Origin: Octopus sinensis
Taxonomy: Eukaryota
Direction of reading: 5' to 3'
Length of the DNA: 34,512 nt
Assembly (NCBI RefSeq): GCF_006345805.1
Contig: NW_021836216.1
Span: forward strand, 1-34,512
Below, piece by piece: positions 1-11,574 of this stretch. The stretch's first letter is position 1. Every line of letters begins with the position of its first letter. Under the pieces are notes generated by a model, which saw nothing but the letters and a program-made list of their open reading frames with translations, ran no database searches and was not told the DNA's origin. Both the position numbers and the translations under genes were made by a program.

Positions 1-129
1 CTTGTTTAAGACGTGTGCCTATGATTCAGTTAAAGATTCATCTTTGTATTCTTCTTGATCGTCTCTCGAGTTCAAGAATGATGATTCCGCAATTTTCTCC
101 CTGAACGCCCTACGCAAATGATTTGTTTA

Positions 130-351
130 TAGTGATCAACTCCTTGTGTTGTACTTTAGCTCATTCCCTTCATCAAATCCTGTACAGGTGTATGATGTGT
201 CACGCTTCAGGTGTTGAAGTAATCACAAATCACCGTGAAATGAAGTGTTTTAATCGAAAACACAACACAACACACCTCGTGGTCCAGGAAGCAAAACCAC
301 GACTTAGCGATAGTGAGTGAGGGCACCCTAACCACTAGGCCCCGCGCCCTC
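130..351 (-). mobile_element. Degenerate tRNA-derived SINE (family C)
   Basis: Reverse complement begins GAGGGCGCGGGGCCTAGTGGTTAGGGTG (A-box-like), similar to the heads at 31323 and 33828. The 3' boundary is approximate. Confidence 0.6.
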
Positions 352-621
352 ACTAGTTAACGATTGGTATTAGGGGCAAAACCCCCAATTTATTCGTAAG
401 TGTGATTAAAATCCATTTCTTGACCAGAGTGGAAAAGACCTAGCTAAGGATCATTATGAAGAAGCCCTCGTCAAAACCGTGTGCACAGAAAGGTAAGATG
501 ATAGGGTAATCAGGTTGAGATCTTTGTCTTGCTGAACAGTGTTCCCCTTTTATTTTTCACTTGTTTAAGGTCCAGCGGCTTGAAATCGATCTAAGTACTT
601 ATTTAATAAATCTGGTACATA

Positions 622-1027
622 GGCGCAGGAGTGGCTGTGTGGTAAGTAGCTTGCTAACCAACCACATGGTTCCGGGTTCAGTCCCACTGCGTGGCACCTT
701 AGGCAAGTGTCTTCTACTATAGCCTCGGGCCGACCAATGCCTTGTGAGTGAGTGGATTTGGTAGATGGAAACTGAAAGAAGTCCGTCGTATATATGTATA
801 TATATATGTGTGTGTGTGTTTGTGTGTCAGTGTTTGTCTCCATAGCATTGTTTGACAACCGATGCTGGTGTGTTTACGTCCCCGTCACTTAGCGGTTCGG
901 CAAAAGAGACCGATAGAATAAGTACTGGGCTTACAAAGAATAAGTCCCGGGGTCGATTTGCTCGACTAAAGGCGGTGCTCCAGCATGGCCGCAGTCAAAT
1001 GACTGAAACAAGTAAAAGAGTAAAGAG
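622..1027 (+). mobile_element. tRNA-derived SINE family A, full length
   Basis: Head GGCGCAGGAGTGGCTGTGTGGTAAG, B-box-like GGTTCAGTCCC, internal (TA)/(TG) tract, tail AAACAAGTAAAAGAG. Near-identical copies at 4918, 6125, 11036, 21001 and 25771. Confidence 0.9.
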
Positions 1028-1034
1028 AAAACAG

Positions 1035-1324
1035 TATATTCCATCGGTTCTCTTTTGTTGGGGACGTAAAGAAAAGCCAGCATCGTTTGTCAAGTGATGG
1101 CGGTGGAAAAACACAAGCACGAAGACACACATGCGGACGAAACCCCTCTACACACATGCTCACAAACACATACATACCTATGACAAGCTTCTACACTGTC
1201 TGCTAAATTCACTCCTCAAATGGAATGTGCTATTGTAGCACATAATTGTCCAGGATGCGACAATCTGATGTTGAACCTGAAACCATAGAATTGTATGCGA
1301 GCTTCTTAATCCACTCAGCCACGC
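1035..1324 (-). mobile_element. Old degenerate SINE family A copy
   Basis: Recognisable CCATCGGTTCTCTTTTG...GGGACGTAAA...CCAGCATCG...TGTCAAG and head remnant CTTCTTAATCCACTCAGCCA. Confidence 0.6.
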
Positions 1325-1534
1325 ATGGTCGACCTTAGCATAATTTGAACCGAGAGCGAAAAGAGCCGAAAGAAAGCCGATTCCTTTCTACAAGGCTATA
1401 AATTTTGAGCGGAGGGAACTAATCGACAGCATCGACCCCACTGCTCATTCGGTACTTCCTTTATCGACACCGGATAAGGCGACATCGGCGACATTTGAAC
1501 ACATATCGTCAAGTCGGACCAAGAGCCGCTAAGC

Positions 1535-1567
<33 letters not shown>

Positions 1568-1878
1568 CCTCCCCACCTTCTCTCTCTCTCTCTCTTCTCT
1601 CTCTATATATATATATATATCTAGCTCTCCCTCTCTCTGTGAACACACACATATATTTTCTTCAAGCTAGACTACTGATAGCAAAAAATTTCTAAATAAT
1701 TTTTTACTACCCTGAGATTTATTAATAATGATTTTTTGGCTAATTTTGGAAGGACATCGATATTTTTTTCTATATGCTGCCGACAAAAAACTGCGCTTGC
1801 GCGGTGGATTTGAAATATTATAACATGTAAGCACGAGACAGGTTTTGTATCACCTCGTATTTATATGTTAATCTTCGC

Positions 1879-1953
1879 TTTCCTGCTGATGATAGCTGCG
1901 CCTAGCAAATTATTTTATTTGCTGAAGATAGCTTGAAACCATGGTATAAGAAA
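1879..1953 (+). ncRNA. Type I hammerhead ribozyme motif
   Basis: TTTCCTG-CTGATGA(1886-1892)-stem II (AGCT/AGCT with internal hairpin TAGCAAAT/ATTTGCTG)-GAAA(1935-1938)-CCATGG-TA-TAAGAAA. Stem I has one mismatch; GUA cleavage triplet. Confidence 0.7.
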
Positions 1954-2067
1954 TAGATGGTAAATGTTTTTATTTTTAATTCCCTTTCGAAATTACTCCT
2001 AATAGTGGTTTGGATTTATTTAACTAAATCTTCTAGCGGGTTAGATGTCCTCTTATATGCTCTAAAT

Positions 2068-2079
2068 GCACACTGTATA

Positions 2080-2130
<51 letters not shown>

Positions 2131-2155
2131 TGATATAGATATATATCAATGTACA

Positions 2156-2228
<73 letters not shown>

Positions 2229-2250
2229 ATATAGATATATATCAAATGTA

Positions 2251-2290
<40 letters not shown>
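2068..2290. repeat. Tandem units of ACTG(TA)n-TTGATATAGATATATATCAA(A)TGT (about 3 copies)
   Basis: Spacer motif recurs near 2130 and 2227 between (TA)n tracts. Confidence 0.75.
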
Positions 2291-2293
<3 letters not shown>

Positions 2294-2377
2294 AGATAGA
2301 TATATATAAAACAAACTTGTTGCCATTTCAAATATGCTTGAGGCATATTCGAAAGCCATTAAATCTATTATGTCATG

Positions 2378-2418
<41 letters not shown>

Positions 2419-2709
2419 CATACACATATGTGTAGTGCTAACTTAACTATCGGAAAAAAAGTAGAGATTAATATTAGAGATTAATAACATGTTTTATTGT
2501 TGCCGAGTCAGTTGTTTTGCTGCTCTGAATTTCACCTGTGCGTGCATCGGACCTTCAGGCAAATCATAACTCGACGTTTTCTGATGCTCCAGCATGGCCT
2601 CATTGCAGTTACTGCCACAACTGAAAGAATAAAACGAGCAAAATAAACAAAAACAACACACACACTAACACATGCACAGACACACGAACTTATACACGTT
2701 AATTGATGT

Positions 2710-2905
2710 TGTGGCGGTTAAGAAACTTGCCTAGCAATCATATGGTTTCGGGTTCAGTTCCACAGCGGGGTATCTTGGGCAAGTGTCTTCTACAATAGCA
2801 TAGGGCTGACCAATGCCTTGTGAGTGAATTTAGTAGAGGAAAACTGTGTGGAAGCCCGTCGTATACATATATGTGTGTGTGAGTGTTTGTGTGTGTGTGT
2901 GTGTG
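2710..2905 (+). mobile_element. SINE family A 5' half
   Basis: GGTTTCGGGTTCAGTT...TTGGGCAAGTGTCTTCTAC...CCTTGTGAGTG...GAAGCCCGTCGTATA. Confidence 0.75.
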
Positions 2906-2944
2906 TGTGGGTGGGTGGGTGGTGGTGGGGGTGATTGTATGTAT

Positions 2945-3180
2945 TCTTTTATTCTTTTATTTGTTTCAGTCATTTGACTACAGCAATGCTGGGGTATCGA
3001 CTTAAAGGGTTTTAGTCGAACAAATTGGCCCCGGGACTTTTTTTGAAGCGTAGTACTTATTCTATCGGTCTCTTTTGCCGAACCGCTAACTTACGAGGAC
3101 ATTAACACACCAATACCGATTGTCAAGCGGTGGTAGGGAGCAAACACAGATACAAAGATACACACGTACATTAATATATA

Positions 3181-3213
<33 letters not shown>

Positions 3214-3476
3214 ATACTACAAAATTAGAGAATGGAGAAACATACTTAAATCAATAAAACATCAACTATCCGATGATACCCAATCAATACTTTAATACAC
3301 CATTACATATGAGTAAAGGCATATATACAACAGTCTTTTTTCAGTTTCCTTCTAGCACATCCACTCACTAGGACCGGAGGCTATAGTAGAAGACATTTGC
3401 CTGAGGTGTCACGCAGTGGGACAGAACTAGGAACAATGTAGTTGGCAAGCAAGCTTCTTACCACACACCTACGCCT
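2945..3476 (-). mobile_element. SINE family A copy with expanded/inserted middle
   Basis: Tail half at 2945-3160 and head half at 3335-3476, separated by (TA)n and unrelated sequence. Confidence 0.75.
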
Positions 3477-3733
3477 ACGCGTATGTATATCTGTAGGATA
3501 AGGCTACCATTGGTTTTATGTTTAAGGACGTCCCTTAACAATTATCATGACTATCACATGAAACATAGGCGTTTCGATCCAAAATGGAGACAAACACCGA
3601 TGTTCTATGTGTTAGGCTTGATAATTGTCGAGGTGCTCCTTAACATGACACTATAGATAGCCTTAATACACAATAAAGAATCTTACCCACCAGTGCAGTG
3701 TTGTGCATTCATTGTCATTGTTCGATATCCACG

Positions 3734-3773
<40 letters not shown>

Positions 3774-3963
3774 ATTATATTATATATATATATATATCAT
3801 ACATATATATGTACTGGAAAATAGCGAACGTAATAAATACGACGTTAATGTATAGCTTCACTGCGTATGTACTAGTAAAGACGCGTGTGTACAAAAAACA
3901 TGAAAAGAATTGTCTTACCTTAGGAAGAACATCTGAAAAATGAAAAAAACCTAGAAACGGATA

Positions 3964-4035
3964 ATGCAGGACCGGTTTCAGACTCTCCAAAATACTTTTG
4001 CCAACGTATATTTGATTTGTCCTCATCAGCTGCAT
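3964..4035 (-). ncRNA. Type I hammerhead ribozyme (canonical core)
   Basis: Minus strand reads ATGCAG-CTGATGA-GGAC...GTCT-GAAA-CCGG-TC-CTGCAT. Perfect 6-bp stem I, palindromic stem III, GUC triplet. Confidence 0.88.
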
Positions 4036-4392
4036 AAACCTCGACAACATTTCAAATGTTGCCACATCTATGACAGTACACTCGTCTGAACGCCAAAACG
4101 TTAACAGAACGAGAACAGTGAAGAAGTTTCAATGAAAATAGTAATGCAATACGAGAGTATTGCTTTCCAGTAAAGGATTGCCCGTAAGGGTAAAATTATA
4201 CATATAAAAGTAAATAAATGGCACAACGAAGCACCAATATTTACTAGAAAATAGCGAACGTAATAAATACGACGCTAATGTATAGCTTCACTGCGTATGT
4301 ACTAGTAAAGACGCGTGTGTACAACAAACATGAAAAGAATTGCCTTACCTCTAGGAAGAACATCTGAAAAATGAAAAACCTAGAAACGGATA

Positions 4393-4464
4393 ATGCAGGA
4401 ACGGTTTCGGACTCTCCAAAATGCGTTTGCCAACGTATATTTGATTTGTCCTCATCAGCTGCAT
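4393..4464 (-). ncRNA. Type I hammerhead ribozyme (second copy)
   Basis: Minus strand reads ATGCAG-CTGATGA-GGAC...GTCC-GAAA-CCGT-TC-CTGCAT. One substitution in stem III gives a UUC triplet. Confidence 0.8.
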
Positions 4465-4515
4465 AAACAAATATATGTGTATGTATATATATATATATAT
4501 GTGTGTGTATGTATG

Positions 4516-4554
<39 letters not shown>

Positions 4555-4917
4555 GAGAGAGAGAGAGAGAGAGAGAAAGCGGTAGAAAAATAGATATATA
4601 GATAGGTAAGTAGGTAAGTAGACAGAGAGACAGACAGACATATAGATATTACATATGTATGTATGTATATATGCATGTATGAATGGATGGAAAGATGTGT
4701 GTATGTCTTTGTGCTTGTTTGTCCTCCATTATCGCTTAACAGCCGATGTTGGCTTGTTTACAGCCCTGTTACATAGCAGTTTAGCAAAACAAAAACCCAA
4801 TAGAATAAATAACAAATTTTAAAAATAAACAAATAAGAACTGGGGACCATTTGTTCGATTGAAGCTTCGGAACGGCCACAGTCCAATAACTGAAAGGAGT
4901 ATAATATAGGAGATAAT

Positions 4918-5788
4918 GCAGGAGTGGCTGTGTGGTAAGTAGTTTGCCAACCAACCACGTGGTTCCGGGTTCAGTCCCACTGCGTGGCAACTTGGGCAAG
5001 TGTCTTCTGCTATAGCCCCGGGCCGACCAATGCCTTGTGAGTGGATTTGGTAGACTGAAACTGAAAGAAGCCTGTCGTATATATGTATATGTATATGTGT
5101 ATGTGTGTTTGTATGTGTGTGTTTGTCCCCCTAGCATTGCTTGACAACCGATGCTGGAGTGTTTTCGTCCCCGTCACTTAGCGGTTCGGCAAAAGAGACC
5201 GATAGAATAAGTACTGGGCTTACAAAGAATAAATCCCGGGGTCGATTTTGTTAGTTAGTTAGTTAGTTAATTTGGCTCAAAAGCAAATAGCAAGGCCATG
5301 TAGGGGGACATGGAGTTAAGTACAGGGTGGTGTTCATGTAAAGAGTTCAGGCCACTTGAGGTCCAGGGAGGCTTTGAACAAAGCGGTCGTCGGCATCTTC
5401 ACCATCTCGTCTGGCAGCTTGTTCCACGGATCCGCAACCCGGACGGAGAAAGCTCCTCTCCTTCGATTAAATGAAATCGTCGCAGGTAGAGCTTTTCGGA
5501 ATGACCCCGCAGCCGACGCTCTGGAGCAGGAGTGAGAACAGCAGCTCCTTCGAGAGGTTACACTTCCCGCTTATGATGTTGTGGGCGAGAATGAGATCAC
5601 CACGGCGGCCGGCGTTTTTCAAGAGAATAAAGGTCGAGCGTCCTCAGCCTTTCTTCGTAGGACAAATTTTGAGACCATGAACCATGCGGGTAGCCAGCCT
5701 CTGGACTCTTTCGAGATGCTGTATGTCTTTGAGGTGTCTCCAGCATGGCCGCAGTCAAATGACTGAAACAAGTAAAAGAAGTAAAAGA

Positions 5789-5790
<2 letters not shown>
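4918..5790 (+). mobile_element. SINE family A interrupted by a LINE fragment
   Basis: Family A sequence runs to GGGGTCGATTTTG (5250) and resumes at CTCCAGCATGGCCGCAG (5738). Confidence 0.88.
5250..5737 (-). mobile_element. 5'-truncated CR1/L2-group LINE, 3' end of ORF2 (frameshifted) plus 3' UTR
   Basis: Minus-strand translation across frameshifts gives LERVQRLATRMVHGLK..SYEERLRTLDLYSLE..RRGDLILAHNI..RGHSEKLYLRRFHLNRRRGAFSVRVADPWNKLPDEMV..LFKASLDLKWPELFT*, typical of a CR1 ORF2 C-terminus. Ends in a (TAAC)n tail. Confidence 0.88.
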
Positions 5791-5837
<47 letters not shown>

Positions 5838-6054
5838 ATGAAGGGGTTTAGCTCCCTTTTGATCTAAGCGAATATGTACGATGGCTAAGTGCTATAGTTG
5901 GTCGACCATTAGGTTCCAAGATCACAGCTAAGGCTGGATCTAGGGATCTGTGTTAGGGTTCCGGTACACCATGTAGATATTGGTGGAAAAATCAAAGCCA
6001 AGGTAGAACGATTGTCTCAAGTCATTTAGAATAATTTAATTAGGGTAATTTGAA

Positions 6055-6116
6055 GTCTTACAGCCGTTTCTGGGACAACCTAAGTGGTTGGTTAGCATGT
6101 CCGTCACATCAGAGAC
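6055..6116 (-). ncRNA. Degenerate type I hammerhead ribozyme
   Basis: Minus strand reads GTCT-CTGATG(TG)A-..GGACA...TGTCC-CA-GAAA-CGGCTG-TA-AGAC. Apparent 2-nt insertion in the core. Confidence 0.55.
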
Positions 6117-6124
6117 AAGGTATA

Positions 6125-6535
6125 CTCTTTTACTCTTTTACTTGTTTCAGTCATTTGACTGCAGCCATGCTGGAGCACCGCCTGTAGTCGAGCAAATCGA
6201 CCCTAGGACTTATTCTTTGTAAGCTTAGTACTTATTCTATCGGTCTCTTTTGCCGAACCGCTAAGTTACGGGGACGTAAATACTCCAGCATCGGTTGTCA
6301 AGCGATGTTGGGGGGACAAACACAGACACACAAACACACACATATATATACATATATACATATACATATATACGACGGGCTTCTTTCAGTTTCCGTCTAC
6401 CAAATCCACTCACAAGGCTTTGGTCGGCTCGAGGCTATAGTAGAAGGCACTTGCTCAAAGTGCCATGCAGTGGGACTGAACCCGGAACCATGTGGTTCGT
6501 AAGCAAGCTACTTACCACACAGCCGTTCCTGCGCC
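6125..6535 (-). mobile_element. SINE family A, full length
   Basis: Reverse complement of the 622-1027 element. Confidence 0.9.
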
Positions 6536-6802
6536 TACATGAATATTTTAGACGAGGAAAATCTACAGTTTACAAGGAATAAAATTCACAGTTTAACTCT
6601 AATAAAATAGTAACGACCAGCATCCATATCTTCTGGAAAAAGATGTGTTGTGAACATTATTCTGCTGCCTATATTCTTCTAACTGCTCTTACCCTTTATT
6701 CTTCTATTTTTACTCTTTCATTCTTCTATCATATTCCTTATATACTGTGAATTTTAGTCCTTGTAAACAGTAAATTTTCACCGTCTAAAATATTCATACA
6801 TT

Positions 6803-6878
6803 GTCTCTGATGACGTTATATTCAGCGCACGGATATGCTAAACTACCTCTTGGATTACCCCAGGAACGGCTGTAAGAC
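6803..6878 (+). ncRNA. Degenerate type I hammerhead ribozyme
   Basis: GTCT-CTGATGA-(stem II region)-GGAA-CGGCTG-TA-AGAC. GAAA is mutated to GGAA. Confidence 0.55.
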
Positions 6879-6964
6879 TTCAAATTCACTTTATCCTAAT
6901 TATGTTAATCTTAATGCCTCGAGATACTGGTTCTGCTTTGGTTTTGATTCTTCCCCTTGCATAA

Positions 6965-6975
6965 TATTACATATA

Positions 6976-7011
<36 letters not shown>

Positions 7012-7083
7012 TGTATGTATGTATGTATGTATGTATTTATGTATGTATGTATGTATGTATGTGTATATATATATGTATGTGTG

Positions 7084-7125
<42 letters not shown>

Positions 7126-7445
7126 CACACGTATATTTATATATACATATAATAATACATATATACATATATGTATACATATATATACATACATATGTAT
7201 ATATATATAGGTAGACGTATATATGTCAATGTATGTATATTATATATACACACACACACACATACATATACATACATACATCAAGAACACACACAGACAA
7301 ACACACTCACTCATATGTACGTACGCACTAACGCACTCACATACGTATACATATATACATACATATTTACATACATATATACATATCTATATACATATAC
7401 ATACATGCATACATACATACATATACACATACATACATGCATACA

Positions 7446-7507
<62 letters not shown>

Positions 7508-8352
7508 CATGCATACATACATACATACATACATACATACATACATGCATACATACATACATACATACATACATACATACATACATACATACATACATAC
7601 ATACATACCAGCATATATGTTTATGTTTAGATATATATATACTCACACTGTGGCTAGTTATAATATAAGACACACCCAGACAGATAGATATTGCAGAAGA
7701 ATGAGAGGGGAAGAGAGTGAGAGAAAGAGCGAAAGAGAGAGGGAGAGCGAGGGGAGAGAGGGAAAGAGAGAGTAAAAGCGAGGGAGGAAGTGAGAAAGAA
7801 AAAATGGAAGAACGATCAAAACTTTACATATAACATGTATACATAGTCAGCAAAAGTGCTCACACACACACATACGCACACAGACACACACACACACACA
7901 CACACATACACATATACACACACACACATACAAGCTAGCTTTCTTGCACTCACTCAGACACCCACAGCCATATACGTGGCCCATATACACACTAACACAC
8001 ATAGCCTTAGTAACATATGTGTCCTATATATATATACAGACACACGCAGTCGTCTGCTTCTTACATTCATGCCCGCCATACATGTATACGCAGCATATAC
8101 ACCCAAATATGGGAATCACTTTCTCAGAAAAAAAAAATTCCATCGTAAGCATGTATGTACGTGTGTGTCTCTATGTGTGTGTGTGTCTCAGTACCTGCCT
8201 GTGTATGTTTGTACGTGTGGTATCTGAGTACGTAAGGGCGTTTGTAAGCCTCTCGCTATATATATAAGTATGATATATATACATATATGCATATATGTTC
8301 ATATATACAAATATATATATGCATATACACACACATATATATTAGATATATA

Positions 8353-8403
<51 letters not shown>

Positions 8404-8413
8404 TAGATATGCA

Positions 8414-8447
<34 letters not shown>

Positions 8448-8638
8448 CCTATCTATATTATCTATCTATATCAATATATTTGTTTGTCTGTGTGTATGTA
8501 TATATATATGCATCTATATATTTGTGCGTGTATGTATGTTTATACACATATATATATGTGTATATATATATAGATATATATATATATAAGGTACATATAT
8601 ATTCACATACATTGAAATGCACACACACATATATTATG

Positions 8639-8691
<53 letters not shown>

Positions 8692-8973
8692 TATATATAT
8701 ATATATGCATGTATGTACATATATAATATATATGTGTGTGGTATATATACATGTATATATATATATGTATGTATGCATGTGAGCATGGGTGCATACATAC
8801 ATGCATGAGCATTTGAACTATTTATGCGTATGTTGAGTAGATATATGTATACACGAATGCTTGCACACACACGCAAACACACACACACACACGCGCGCGC
8901 AATATCTACAAGTGTAACGAAAGATACAAAAATACATTGATTCTTTGTTATGAGGTGGAACTTGTAGCAATGT

Positions 8974-9006
<33 letters not shown>

Positions 9007-9562
9007 ATATATATACACCCCCTCATACTCACACTCACACAGACATATACACACACAAACATATACATACAAAAATATACAAGTACAAATTACACTCAAA
9101 ACGTTCTCAACCGTTTGCGTTGAAGCATGAATGTGTATATATATATGTATAGGCATTTTTACAGATTTTGTGCATGTTTTGTATGTGTATATAGTTTTAC
9201 GCATGCATGTGCGATGTATGTAAACTTATATGCTTCCTTCTATATATATACATGTACGTATATGAAGGCATGTATGTATATATGTGTATATAAGCTAAAT
9301 CACTTTCTGTGTATGCGAATAGATGTATATTTTTCATTTTCCATTTTATCTAGTTTCAGCTCACGAGCTGTGGCCATGCTGGGGCACCGCCATTAAAAAA
9401 GTACTTTAGCAGAGCGCAGTTGTACTAATACATATCTATATGTATGAGTATATGTATGTGGACGCAAACTTAAGCTGAAGTTGCAAGTATGGTTGTGTGT
9501 AAGCGTCTGTGTATATATACATATATCACACACACACATCTATATATATAAGTATGTGTATG

Positions 9563-9617
<55 letters not shown>

Positions 9618-9694
9618 ATGTATATATAAATATCTGAGGTTGTATGCATATTTGTGTTTAGATGTATATGTATGTGTATGTATCAATATTTGCG

Positions 9695-9730
<36 letters not shown>

Positions 9731-10037
9731 ATGGAAGCATGCATATCTGTGTGTAGCTATATATATGTATGCGTATGTATGAGTATGCAAGTGTATAAAT
9801 AAATGTTCATCAGACATACACACACACACACACACATACATATATACATACATACATACATGCATACATACATACATACATACATACATACATACGTTCA
9901 TACACACATACATACATACATACATACATACATACATACATACATACGTACATACATACATTTACTGCCAGTCGGCCGCTTAGCCAGCCAGCCAGCCAGT
10001 CAGCCAGTCAGTCAGACAGTCAGACAGCCAGACAGCC

Positions 10038-10070
<33 letters not shown>

Positions 10071-10272
10071 GTCAGACAGACAGCAGTCTGTGGAATGTGG
10101 AACGGCGGCAAGGAACAATGGAATCGTAGGAAAGTAATGAATGGGACTCTCTCACGGACTGACGGTAGAGAAACTATGCGTAAGTGTGTGTGACTGACTG
10201 ACTGGAGAATTTTAGGCGTGTGTATGTGTGTGAGTGCGTGTATGTGTGTGAGTGCGTGTATGTGTGTGAGTG

Positions 10273-10304
<32 letters not shown>

Positions 10305-10484
10305 GTATGCGTGTGTGTGTTACTACGTGGTTTGCGTTGAAGGGGAATTGTCTGCATGTCTGTGTATATCCGTGTGTGTGTTCATATGTGTGAGTATGTA
10401 TACGTGTGTGTGTGTGTGACTGACTGTCGAGATTTATGCATTTGTGTATGTGTGTATATATATGTGTGTGTGTGTGTATGTGTG

Positions 10485-10520
<36 letters not shown>

Positions 10521-10566
10521 ACTGATGGTGAAGAATTTTTGTGCGGATATGCCTGGGTATATTTGA

Positions 10567-10615
<49 letters not shown>

Positions 10616-11030
10616 ACGGGAGAATCATGAGTGTGCGTGTGTGTGTGCGTATGCGAATGTGTGTGTGAGAGAGTGAATGCATTGTGTGTATGCGTGTGTG
10701 TATATATATATATATATATGTTGCTGACGTTGAATAACTGAGTGTGTGTATGAGAATATTTGTGTGTATATGTGCTTCTGGGTAGATGTGTGTATTACTG
10801 TGTGTGTACTGAAGATATGTGTATATGTAACAGAATGTATGTGTCTCTATTAGTATGACTGAGTATATGTTGTGCGTATGAGTGTGTACGAGCGCACGCA
10901 TTCTGTCTGGTCGTGTGTGTGTGCGCGCCAATTTATGTGTGTGTATGTTACAGTCGTCTTCTGTAAGTTTGTTTGTGTGTGTATATATATAATGTGTATA
11001 TATGTGTGTGTGTGGTGTGTGTGTGTGTGT
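6965..11030. repeat. Compound microsatellite field: (TATG/TACA)n, (TA)n, (GA)n, (TATC)n, (TG)n, (CAGA)n with short unique islands
   Basis: Simple repeats directly visible throughout. Confidence 0.9.
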
Positions 11031-11035
11031 GTGTA

Positions 11036-11470
11036 TTTACTCTTTTACTTTTACTAAAGCACAACCTTTCGTCGAGCTAAATCGATCCCAAGTTTTATTC
11101 TTTGTAAGCCTAGTACTTATATCGGTCTCTTTTGCCGAGCCGCTAGGTTACGGGGACGTAAACATACCAGCATCGGTCGTCAAGCAATGTTGGGGGGACA
11201 AAAACATAAGCATACACACACACACACAACACACACACACACACACACATACACACACACACATACATACATACATACATACATACACACACAAACACAT
11301 ATATATATGACGGGATTCTTTCAGTTTCTGTCTACCAAATACACTCACAAGGCTTTGGTCGGCCCGAGGCTATAGTAGAAGTCACTTGCCCAAGGTGCCT
11401 CGCAGTGGGACTGAGCCCGGAACCATGTGATTGGTAAGCAAGCTACTTACCACACAGCCACTCCTGCGCC
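11036..11470 (-). mobile_element. SINE family A (3' tail partly deleted)
   Basis: Ends CACACAGCCACTCCTGCGCC; body matches 6125-6535. Confidence 0.88.
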
Positions 11471-11574
11471 TATATAACGATTTTGTAACGATTTTATCAG
11501 CTGGTTGTCTCGAGGAAATAAGTCATAACCCTTTCTGAAATAGGCAAAAATGCCTGAAATTTGGTGGTGGGTTG

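Larger units (their letters stand above)
3812..4468 (-). mobile_element. Retrozyme/Penelope-like element: two ~227-bp direct repeats, each with an HHR, flanking ~200 bp of unique sequence
   Basis: Direct repeats 3812-4039 and 4242-4468 (period about 430), embedded between TA-rich microsatellite tracts. Confidence 0.8.
5982..6956. mobile_element. Inverted pair of HHR-bearing repeat arms (Penelope-like), left arm split by a SINE
   Basis: 5982-6124 plus 6536-6595 is the diverged reverse complement of about 6742-6956 (e.g. ATGAATATTTTAGACG/CGTCTAAAATATTCAT; TTTGAAGTCTTACAGCCG/CGGCTGTAAGACTTCAAA). Confidence 0.75.

Noticed and set aside
450-505. ATGAAGA...GAAAGGTAAGATGA HHR-like spacing
   Set aside because: C3 is missing, with no credible stem II or stem III.
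565-1175. ORFs overlapping SINE A (also 4781, 6295, 21034, 25801)
   Set aside because: Same peptide fragments recur with each SINE copy; the element is a non-coding repeat.
3562-3610. Minus-strand GAACA..GAAACGCCTATGTTT resembling an HHR
   Set aside because: The core reads TCGGTGT, too far from CUGANGA.
5471-5766. Plus-strand ORFs of 61-69 aa
   Set aside because: Antisense shadows of the CR1-like ORF2 remnant on the minus strand.
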